Virus record (IMG/VR): IMGVR_UViG_3300045580_000523
Span: 1 to 26,176 of that record
From: a virus
Lineage: Duplodnaviria; Caudoviricetes
Length of the DNA: 26,176 nucleotides
Direction: 5' to 3' (one strand)
Position 1 is the stretch's first letter. Each line of letters opens with the position of its first letter. The notes beneath the pieces were generated by a model. The model searched no databases. It was not told the origin of the DNA and saw only the letters and a program-made list of their open reading frames with translations. Positions 19,080-25,786 of the stretch are shown here, one piece after another. The position numbers and the translations under genes are program-made.

Positions 19080-19595
19080 TCATCCCTTGCTGCCCTGCAC
19101 CGTGACGTCGCCGTTGTATCTGCCGGTCTCGCGGTAGGTGCGACGCGGTTTCGAGCTCAGCCAGGTGAACTTCAGCTGGCCCACCCGCTTGCGGGGCCAC
19201 AGCTTGACCGGCCACAGCTGGCGGTTGTTCTTGAACTCCATGGTCAGCCGGCTGCCGTGCCAGCCGGGATCGCCGAAACCGGCCAGCGCGTGATCAAGGC
19301 CCTCGCGCGCGCGGCTGCTCTTGAGCTTGAACACGCACTCGACGTTGTCTGGCAGGCTGAACATCTCGAACGAGTCAGCCAGGGCAAACTGACCAGGCAG
19401 CAGCAGGTAGGGGTCCTTCTCGCTGTGCTCATGCAGCGGATACGGGACCAGCTCCTCCGACTGGGACGACTCGATCAGCAGGGTGTCGCCAAGGCGGATG
19501 TCGAGCGATGCTGGATTGAGCATCTCCGGATCGAACGGGGTCACCATGCCGGCAAGGCAGAGGGTTTCGATCGCGTGGTCTGGAAGGGTGGCCAT
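19080..19595 (-). CDS. dcd: dCTP deaminase
   Basis: ATG 19595 (TGATG-coupled). LNPASLDIRLG, KSSRAREG, AGF.DPGW.G.LT.E, R.GQL and Y..TGRY motifs. Confidence 0.92.
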   Translation of the reverse strand: MATLPDHAIETLCLAGMVTPFDPEMLNPASLDIRLGDTLLIESSQSEELVPYPLHEHSEKDPYLLLPGQFALADSFEMFSLPDNVECVFKLKSSRAREGLDHALAGFGDPGWHGSRLTMEFKNNRQLWPVKLWPRKRVGQLKFTWLSSKPRRTYRETGRYNGDVTVQGSKG

Positions 19596-19774
19596 CAGCC
19601 GAGCGGAGCGAAGGATGAGTGGTAGCCGCCAAGCAGATCGCAGGTCTCGAGCTCGCGAAAATAGCGGCGCTTGGCCTCGTCGGCTGCGGCCTGGAGGCGG
19701 GCCGCTTCGGCACCAGCAATGTGGGCCCTGCGGCAGGCGCACTGGCGCAGGTTCAGCTTGAGATCAGGGCTCAT
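19595..19774 (-). CDS. Hypothetical protein, 59 aa (not in ORF track)
   Basis: MSPDLKLNLRQCACRRAHIAGAEAARLQAAADEAKRRYFRELETCDLLGGYHSSFAPLG. ATGA overlap upstream and TGATG overlap with dcd. Confidence 0.7.
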   Translation of the reverse strand: MSPDLKLNLRQCACRRAHIAGAEAARLQAAADEAKRRYFRELETCDLLGGYHSSFAPLG

Positions 19775-19899
19775 CGGGATTCAGCGCAACGGATCCAGGC
19801 TGTGCCCTGTGGACCGCAGGGATCGTGATGAACATCCCAAACCATCCAGGCAATGGGTAGGACAGTCATGAACAGGCCAAGGAGTCGTTCCCGTTTCAT
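19771..19899 (-). CDS. Small membrane protein, 42 aa
   Basis: MKRERLLGLFMTVLPIAWMVWDVHHDPCGPQGTAWIRCAESR. ATGA-coupled at both ends. One hydrophobic helix. Confidence 0.6.
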   Translation of the reverse strand: MKRERLLGLFMTVLPIAWMVWDVHHDPCGPQGTAWIRCAESR

Positions 19900-20159
19900 G
19901 GGTCGACTCCTTGCATGTGAGCCTCCACCCTCCTGAGCAGCCACTTCGGCACCCTTGGAGCCATTGGCACCCATCGTTTGCTGTCCCACCCCAGGGCCGT
20001 CCAACGGGCGTTCTGATCGAGGAGACAGTTGCCGCGATTTCCACTCTTGCGAAAGCGCACCACCATCGGGTCTGTCACTCCCTCCGGTTGACGCTCAACA
20101 TGCCAGATCGGCGCGGCCAGGAATGGGCTCAACTCAGTTTGGAAGATCGTCTCAGTCAT
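19896..20159 (-). CDS. Hypothetical protein, 87 aa
   Basis: ATG 20159 overlaps the upstream stop by 8 nt and has GAGG upstream. Trp-rich sequence. Confidence 0.6.
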   Translation of the reverse strand: MTETIFQTELSPFLAAPIWHVERQPEGVTDPMVVRFRKSGNRGNCLLDQNARWTALGWDSKRWVPMAPRVPKWLLRRVEAHMQGVDP

Positions 20160-20835
20160 GGGACACCTCAGGCAGTGGCCGGCTGTAGTCAAAACGCCAC
20201 CAGCGGACGGAGATTCGGTCTTCGCCATCGAGGATGTTTTCGCGGCAGGAAACCGGCCAGCCGTTGTCATTGAAGAACACGACAGCCTTTTCGGTCATGC
20301 CGTGATCAATGTAGATGTGCTGCTTCTTGCACCAGCCGTTGCATGGTACCGATTCCACCAGCACGGGAATGGGCAGTGTGGTGTGTTCGTTGACCACCTG
20401 CAGAGCATTCTCATCGACAATGATCTGGAGTGAACCAGGCGGGAAATACCTGCCAGCGACAGGGACCAACATGCCTCCTGGAGGCGCGTTTAACACAAAG
20501 TCGCCGTCATTGATGTGCAGCTCTTTCAGTTTATCTTCTGCCTGAATGTACTGGCCCCATGGCTGGAGAAGTAAGCCCTTGGCATTATGGATCAGTCGCA
20601 GTTCCCTGTTGCCGTAGCTGCCCCAGTGCTGCACGGAGATCCACTCGATGCCGCTGTGTTCGAGACCGGGAACGGCGTTGCCCTGTTCGTGAAACATCCA
20701 CGGGTTGAGACAGTGCGCTGTGCGCTGAAGCTGCACCCCTGCCAGCTGGAGCACCTGGGGGGTCTCGGCTGAGTAGCTGATCTCTCCGGTGCGTGATGAG
20801 ATCGGCGATGAGCTGGAGCCAGTAGGGGGTGCCAT
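20152..20835 (-). CDS. Hypothetical protein (start uncertain; overlaps the nuclease tail)
   Basis: Globular-looking C-terminal ~200 aa of ORF 20152..21135. Candidate ATGs at 20835 and 20850, or a later start. Confidence 0.55.
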   Translation of the reverse strand: MAPPTGSSSSPISSRTGEISYSAETPQVLQLAGVQLQRTAHCLNPWMFHEQGNAVPGLEHSGIEWISVQHWGSYGNRELRLIHNAKGLLLQPWGQYIQAEDKLKELHINDGDFVLNAPPGGMLVPVAGRYFPPGSLQIIVDENALQVVNEHTTLPIPVLVESVPCNGWCKKQHIYIDHGMTEKAVVFFNDNGWPVSCRENILDGEDRISVRWWRFDYSRPLPEVSHD

Positions 20836-21166
20836 CAAAGATGTGAGCATCGGAGAGTGGGATGAGAACCCAGCCGGACAGCTGAGCGAGGGTGGTCTTG
20901 GTGATGTCTCTGGTGATGCCGCTGCCGGTGGAGTGACCACCTGGGCGCCAGATGCCACCGTTGATTTCCACAGCGACTTGGGCATCGGGCCAGGCAAAAT
21001 CGGCGCGGTAAGGAGGAGGCCTACGCGACTTGAGGTGTTCCTGTTTCTGATACACCGCCCAGGCATTCCAGATCGGCAGCGTGTGTTCGCGCTGGAAAGG
21101 CAGGTCTGGGAAGGAGACCAGCCATTGGTTGGCAAAGGCCTCCTCCAGATGGCTTGGGTTCGGCAT
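20585..21166 (-). CDS. Vsr/DUF559-like PD-(D/E)xK endonuclease
   Basis: S.LE..F, YRADFAWP...VAVEINGG.W..GGH..G.G..RD..K...AQL.GW.L motif. ATG at 21166. Confidence 0.8.
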   Translation of the reverse strand: MPNPSHLEEAFANQWLVSFPDLPFQREHTLPIWNAWAVYQKQEHLKSRRPPPYRADFAWPDAQVAVEINGGIWRPGGHSTGSGITRDITKTTLAQLSGWVLIPLSDAHIFDGTPYWLQLIADLITHRRDQLLSRDPPGAPAGRGAASAHSALSQPVDVSRTGQRRSRSRTQRHRVDLRAALGQLRQQGTATDP

Positions 21167-21497
21167 GCTCGGACGTGAACAGATTGGGCAGCGGCTCAAT
21201 GCCAAGCGAGAGGACGGCGCCTGTGAATGGATCGCGCGGCCAGTTGGCACGGCAGAGGGCAATGACCCTGAGCAGCGAACGGATCGATGCTGGATCGGTC
21301 TGTGCCAGGTCGTTGCGACGCGCACCAAGGGCATCCTCAAGCAGCCAGATCAACTGCTTGTAGGCCTCAGGACTGAGGGTGTCCGGCTGGGAAAACCAGC
21401 ACCGTGAAGGTGTGCCACCCTGCAGCAACAACCGGTCATTGAGGTACAGAGCAAAGCCTGTGAGCGGCAGCTGGGGCTGTGCGCGCAGATCATTCAT
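21021..21497 (-). CDS. Hypothetical protein
   Basis: 158-aa ORF with a globular-looking first ~110 aa. The tail overlaps the nuclease gene. Confidence 0.55.
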   Translation of the reverse strand: MNDLRAQPQLPLTGFALYLNDRLLLQGGTPSRCWFSQPDTLSPEAYKQLIWLLEDALGARRNDLAQTDPASIRSLLRVIALCRANWPRDPFTGAVLSLGIEPLPNLFTSEHAEPKPSGGGLCQPMAGLLPRPAFPARTHAADLECLGGVSETGTPQVA

Positions 21498-21550
21498 GAC
21501 GACATGAAGTGAAAGATTGTCGATGAAACAATGTGAGTGGAATGAATTGC

Positions 21551-21724
21551 TGCGGATGGCCTTGCTGTGGCCCTGTTTAAGCCTGGGCTCTGAGGCGAAA
21601 CCACATCCCTCGACGGGACCCGTTGTCTGCCGCCGCCACCGACGGCGGGAGGGGAGAGGCTGGGTTCGTCACCACCAAGTCGGCCGCTCAGTGGCCGGCA
21701 TCCCCTGGGAGGCCATCACACGCA
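21551..21724. ncRNA. Candidate multi-stem structured RNA
   Basis: Closing stem TGCG-GATGGCCT (21551-21562) / AGGCCATC-ACA-CGCA (21710-21724) encloses four further stems. Intergenic within the early operon. Confidence 0.45.
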
Positions 21725-21744
21725 CCTCATGAATGCGCTGCAGC

Positions 21745-21777
21745 ATCAGCACGGGCCCCTAAGGGCTTCGTGCTGAT
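21745..21777. repeat. Inverted repeat / hairpin
   Basis: ATCAGCACG (21745-21753) and CGTGCTGAT (21769-21777) are perfect arms, with inner GCCC/GGGC. Confidence 0.7.
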
Positions 21778-21796
21778 CCATTCCGGCGGTGAGGGT

Positions 21797-22762
21797 TCAT
21801 GGCGTGGCCGGTCCGGCGGTGGCTGTTGGCTTGGCGGCCAGAAGCCGTTCCTCGATCTCCTGGAACCACTGCGGGGTGATGGCTGGATCCATCAGCTCCT
21901 GCTCCAGGGCCGCGCGCTCTTCCTTGCTGAGCCACCCTGGCGGCGGCCCCTGGCGCGTTGTTGCGGCTGGCCGTGCGGTGGCATCAACAACCCGGCGTGG
22001 GGGGTTGGCCATCGGGCGCTCGCCACTGGGTCGTGGCGGCGCTGCAGTCGGCCGTGTTCCAGAAGCGCGTGCAGGTGAGGTCTCGGCGCTGGAGTTGAAA
22101 TCGTCCTCTCGCTCAGCGGCCAGGCCAAGCACCATCTGCAGCGCCAGTCGGCGGCAGGTGGTGAGGCCGGCGGCATGGGCCTGGCCGCGGCGATCGCTCT
22201 CACCCACAAAGAGCGGCACCGGTCCGCTGCTGATCGCGCCACCGCTGGAATGCACCAGGTAGGCGGTCACGATCGGGTGGCCGTTGTCGTCGAACTCCTG
22301 TCTGGTGAGCGCACAGAGCCCATGCGCAGCAGCGCTCTGGGCTGCGGAAATCACTTCTGCCAGATCGGCATAGCCATAACTGATCGTCTGGCCTTTTCTA
22401 GTCACATATTCAGCCGAACGGTTCTCCTGCAGCTTGGGCTCAGTCGCATGCCAGGCTGCATAGGCAGTGAACAGTTCAATCTGCTGTTCTGGACTGGGCC
22501 CATAGCCCAGAAACTCTCTCAAACGGCGGGCGGGATCATCTGGGATGGAGGAGCCAACACCACGTTGTTGTGCTTCGAGACGGCTGCGGAGATCGGCAAA
22601 GGCCGCTCGCATGCTCTCGAATCGGTTTGCAGTGTCTGCCTCAGCAGCAGCCAGCCGATCCGCCAGGTCGAGCACGGTCTGGGTGATCGGATCACTGGCT
22701 GTGGGCAGGGGCTGCGGCGGCGCCTGGCCAGCTGGCGGCCCCGTGGGCGGAATGCTGTCCAT
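21797..22762 (-). CDS. erf: ERF-family single-strand annealing recombinase
   Basis: Y.YADL..V, L.HSSG, Q....LT..RR.AL...LGL..E.EDD ERF signature. N-terminal coiled-coil extension and Pro/Arg-rich C-terminal linker. Confidence 0.85.
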   Translation of the reverse strand: MDSIPPTGPPAGQAPPQPLPTASDPITQTVLDLADRLAAAEADTANRFESMRAAFADLRSRLEAQQRGVGSSIPDDPARRLREFLGYGPSPEQQIELFTAYAAWHATEPKLQENRSAEYVTRKGQTISYGYADLAEVISAAQSAAAHGLCALTRQEFDDNGHPIVTAYLVHSSGGAISSGPVPLFVGESDRRGQAHAAGLTTCRRLALQMVLGLAAEREDDFNSSAETSPARASGTRPTAAPPRPSGERPMANPPRRVVDATARPAATTRQGPPPGWLSKEERAALEQELMDPAITPQWFQEIEERLLAAKPTATAGPATP

Positions 22763-22820
22763 CACGAACGTTGCTGGTTGGGTTGGGCGCGGCCTGGCTA
22801 CGCTCCGCCAGGCCGGCCAC

Positions 22821-22834
22821 CGAACACTAGCACT
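22821..22834 (-). promoter_or_regulatory. Putative LexA box / operator 1
   Basis: AGTGCTAGTGTTCG, one mismatch to the cyanobacterial RGTACNNNDGTWCB consensus. Lies between the divergent erf and 22850 genes and contains the -10-like TAGTGT. Confidence 0.5.
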
Positions 22835-22849
22835 AATCACCAGATCGGA

Positions 22850-23122
22850 ATGACCCTGACCAGCAACGCCACCAGCTCAGTCCCGGACGGCCCTCCCCTG
22901 CTCACCATGGCCCGTTCCGGCACTGTGCTCCACGTCACGGTTCTTCATGCAGCGGCAGCCGATCTGCTGTGGCAGCACCGGCAACAGCTCACGAAGATCC
23001 ACAACTGCCTGAGCCTGCGGCTGTGCGTGCTGAACCCTGCTCAGCCTGATGGCAGCGCAACCGAAGTGGAGTGGCAGCGTCCCCAGATGGTCCGCAGGTC
23101 CATCAGCGGGCGTCGCCGCTGA
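22850..23122 (+). CDS. Hypothetical 90-aa protein (candidate antirepressor)
   Basis: ATG 22850 in frame with ORF 22175..23122. Lone plus-strand gene between erf and the repressor, convergent with the repressor (20-nt overlap). Confidence 0.5.
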   Translation: MTLTSNATSSVPDGPPLLTMARSGTVLHVTVLHAAAADLLWQHRQQLTKIHNCLSLRLCVLNPAQPDGSATEVEWQRPQMVRRSISGRRR

Positions 23123-24050
23123 TGTCTCGCACCACGGCAGGGATCACCGCTGATGCAGCGGCCTGCCGTCCGGCGATCTGCTCCAGCTCCTTGGGTTCGG
23201 CGTGATCCCTGAGCCGTTGCAGGAGCACCAGGCAGGCGGCGCGTTCATCGTCCTCCTGCTGCGCATCCCACTGGGCGATACCCCGCAGCACCTGCTGCAG
23301 GCGCTCGAGTCGGCCCTTGTCGTTGCTGGGGTAGAGCTCAGCAATCAGCGCCCAGTCGTCGATGATGTCCAGACCGGCCGCGGCGGCGGCGGCGCGCAGC
23401 TGTCGCGCCGGCACGCCGCTCTCCAATGCCCCTGAGCTGGTGGGTTCGCCGGGCCAGGGAGGGGGCACCAGCAGTCCACCAGCGATCGACAGCAGCTCTT
23501 CCGGCCCGTAGGGGCCTTGCTGGTCACTGATGACGGTCGCCTTTTTCACGAGCTCACTGAGCCGGGGCTCGCGGGGCGGATCGGCTTCACCGGCCTGCAC
23601 CTTGGCGACCCATTCGTTCAGCCGGCCCATCTCCAGCAGAAACGTGACCGTCAGGCTGGCCCGGCGCTTGCGCAGGTACAGGTTGAGGCCTGACGCATGC
23701 AGGCGACTGGTGAGCCCCTGATCGATCCAGCCGTCGGCTCCCTCCGCAGGCTCTGACGAGGGCGTGCCAACCGCTTCCCAGGCATGCCCCTTGTGGTTCA
23801 CCCAGCTGCCAGATGTCAGTGGCATGCCAGCGGACCAATCCGGCACCGGGTCTTTCGACTCGGCGAGCAGCGACAGCTCCGCCAGGCGTGAGACCACGGC
23901 CAGGCTCCAGCCGTTGCGTTGAAGCCACTGCTCGAGCAGGAGGCGCAACCGCTCACGGCCGATCGCTTCTGCATGCAGCCAGTGCACCGACTGAGAAGCG
24001 AGAACAGGGCCAGACGGCACCGGGGTGCGCTGGTTTTGCTGCTGAGCCAT
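23103..24050 (-). CDS. Repressor-like XRE-HTH protein with inserted CBM5/12-like module
   Basis: ATG 24050 with AGAGGT upstream (alternative ATG 24101). GR..L..LL..W..RNGWS..V.SRLA (helices 1-2) and LHASGLNLYLR.R......F..EMG.LN (helix 3 onward) flank a ~45-aa Trp-containing insert. Divergent from rep. Confidence 0.6.
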   Translation of the reverse strand: MAQQQNQRTPVPSGPVLASQSVHWLHAEAIGRERLRLLLEQWLQRNGWSLAVVSRLAELSLLAESKDPVPDWSAGMPLTSGSWVNHKGHAWEAVGTPSSEPAEGADGWIDQGLTSRLHASGLNLYLRKRRASLTVTFLLEMGRLNEWVAKVQAGEADPPREPRLSELVKKATVISDQQGPYGPEELLSIAGGLLVPPPWPGEPTSSGALESGVPARQLRAAAAAAGLDIIDDWALIAELYPSNDKGRLERLQQVLRGIAQWDAQQEDDERAACLVLLQRLRDHAEPKELEQIAGRQAAASAVIPAVVRDISGDAR

Positions 24051-24094
24051 GGCGACCTCTGAGCGCGGCGATGGGAAACAGGCCTGTTCGGCCT

Positions 24095-24108
24095 CGAACA
24101 TAAGTCCT
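24095..24108 (-). promoter_or_regulatory. Putative LexA box / operator 2
   Basis: AGGACTTATGTTCG, one mismatch to RGTACNNNDGTWCB. Adjacent to TTGACA (24110-24115, +) and overlapping the TGTTCG-N4-CGAACA inverted repeat (24085-24100). Confidence 0.5.
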
Positions 24109-24278
24109 ATTGACACTGTGAAGAATCCCTGTGCACCGGCCCTGCAGCCATGGGCAGGGAAACCGCACCGTCCTCGCGGCACCGTGCAGCGCCACCGGCG
24201 GCAACAGATTGGGAACAGCCCCGAGTCGCGGCATCCCGAGACGGCTATGGTTGCGGTCGACTGGTCGGTTACCCGCCC

Positions 24279-24309
24279 ACAACAAAGGCCCCGCCTGGGA
24301 GGCGGAGCC
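24279..24309 (-). terminator. Rho-independent terminator
   Basis: GGCTCCGCCT-CCC-AGGCGGGGCC followed by TTTGTTGT. Confidence 0.65.
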
Positions 24310-24371
24310 AATGTTGCCCTTGCGGGCTGCGACCACCAGCCACGCTCCCCAGCGAATCTGATGGCCGCAAC
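24279..24371 (-). ncRNA. Candidate counter-transcribed antisense RNA to the rep leader
   Basis: -10 TAAGAT (24383-24378), a 12-bp stem, a GCAA-tetraloop hairpin and a terminator. The wobble pairs work only on the minus strand. Confidence 0.55.
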
Positions 24372-24415
24372 ACGGTCATCTTACTGCATCCAACGCAAGC
24401 AGCAGGCCTAGGGGA

Positions 24416-25786
24416 GTGGAAGAAACCACACCAGCTTCTGCCATGCCAACCGCACCATTCAACGGCGAACTGCACCGCCCGCTGTTTGCACAGATCCCGC
24501 TGGAACTGCTGAGCAGTTCAGCTGAAAGGGGCAGAAGACGACTGGTGTTTGTTTATGCCTGGCTGTGGTTTTACGCTGGACAGAATGATAACGCCTTCCC
24601 TTCTGTTCCGCGCCTGGCGCTGGAGTGCGGCATGAAGGAACGCGACATCCGGGCAGCCCTTCAGACCCTTCTGGACGAGGGCTGGATCATCAAAGCCGGC
24701 ACCGGACCCAGAGGCACCAACGTCTATCGGGTGCGGATGGAGACAAAGCGCAAACGACCGCGCCCCAAATCCACTGCAGCAGAACGGAAGTCGGCAGCAC
24801 CCCTCCCCTACAAGGGGAGTCCCCCTGCAGGGGAGGCCCCGCAGGGGCACCCCTCCCCCTGTAGGGGAGGCCCTACAGGGGTACCCCTCCCCCACAGGGG
24901 GACTCCCCCACAGGGGGACCCAATCAATAAACCCTTAAACGAAGAGTTAGATAACCCAGAAGAGTTAATACCTATCCCAAACACATATATGTCCCAACGA
25001 GCTGAAATCAGCTCGACCGCCGCAGCCCTGGTCACAACGGCTGGCGCCGTCGCGACAGATCGGCAGATCGTGGTAACGTCAGACCAGAACGACGCTCCCC
25101 AGCGACATGCCGAACCGGCCGCCAGCGCTTCCTGCTCCCCTGCCACCGAGCAGCCCACCGCCCAGGCCGCAGGCCAGCAGGCCGGCCTGCCCGCCTGCGC
25201 CAGGCCCTATCGCCAGCTGCTGGTGGAGTGGTGGACCCGCCGCCGCCAGAAGCATCCCGCCGCTTCACGCGAGCTCAGCGCCGCGGATGTCCAGGCCATC
25301 CACCACGCCGATGCCCTTGGCGTTTTGGAGCCGTTCCTCGAGCATGCCGCGGCCAGTGGCTGCAAGTCCCTTGCCACCGGCTACCGGCGCCGCTGCGAGC
25401 AGCTGCGGGCCGGCCCTGCTGCTGCCGAGGCCTTCGAGCAGCTTCGCTCCGCCTACCTGGCCGCTCCACGTCGGGTCACCTGTCAATCCCTTCCTGCCGC
25501 CCAGCGCGAGCTGGGCGCAGTCCTGGCCGCCGGCCACACCGTCGATCAGCTGCTGGCGGCTCTCGCCGGTGAGGTCCAGGCCCAGGAGCAGCAGCAAGCC
25601 AGCACGGGCTTTGCTCCGTCCCTGCCCGACATGGCTCGCTGGCTGAAGGAGCGCCGTTTCGTGGCCTACCTGCCTCAGAACCAGCCCGCTGCTGCTGTGG
25701 CCGCGGCCAGCTTCGTCCCTCCGATCGATCCAGAAACCGGTGAGTCCGATCCCTTTGCCTACCACCGTCACATCACTGGCCGATGA
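24416..25786 (+). CDS. Replication initiator (lambda O-like, N-terminal winged HTH)
   Basis: VY..L..YAG....AFPS..RLA.ECGM..R.IR.AL..L...GWI wHTH. Internal iterons. C-terminal PDMARWL.ERRF motif. Start is GTG 24416 or ATG 24443. Confidence 0.8.
   Translation: MEETTPASAMPTAPFNGELHRPLFAQIPLELLSSSAERGRRRLVFVYAWLWFYAGQNDNAFPSVPRLALECGMKERDIRAALQTLLDEGWIIKAGTGPRGTNVYRVRMETKRKRPRPKSTAAERKSAAPLPYKGSPPAGEAPQGHPSPCRGGPTGVPLPHRGTPPQGDPINKPLNEELDNPEELIPIPNTYMSQRAEISSTAAALVTTAGAVATDRQIVVTSDQNDAPQRHAEPAASASCSPATEQPTAQAAGQQAGLPACARPYRQLLVEWWTRRRQKHPAASRELSAADVQAIHHADALGVLEPFLEHAAASGCKSLATGYRRRCEQLRAGPAAAEAFEQLRSAYLAAPRRVTCQSLPAAQRELGAVLAAGHTVDQLLAALAGEVQAQEQQQASTGFAPSLPDMARWLKERRFVAYLPQNQPAAAVAAASFVPPIDPETGESDPFAYHRHITGR
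24797..24990 (+). repeat. Replication-origin iterons plus AT-rich tract
   Basis: Seven quasi-palindromic CCC(C)-N3-5-GGGG units starting at about 24805, 24821, 24837, 24855, 24871, 24889 and 24905. These are followed by an AT-rich stretch with GAAGAGTTA twice. Confidence 0.75.

Noticed and set aside
18498-19625. 375-aa plus-strand ORF
   Set aside because: Antisense to dcd and the acidic protein, with no recognisable motifs.
21600-21677. tRNA (GGGTTCG...CCACCA)
   Set aside because: No 5-bp T-stem, acceptor stem or anticodon arm can be built.
24110-24140. Complete sigma70 promoter from TTGACA
   Set aside because: A perfect -35 is present but there is no credible -10 at 16-18 nt, so it is not called as a promoter.
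24049-24512. Cro-like gene (ORFs 24049..24411, 24131..24361, 24150..24512)
   Set aside because: No HTH pattern and poor codon bias. The region is better explained by promoters and RNA structure.
24797-24920. CRISPR-like array
   Set aside because: Units are short, nearly adjacent and in frame within rep, with no unique 30-40-nt spacers and no cas genes.
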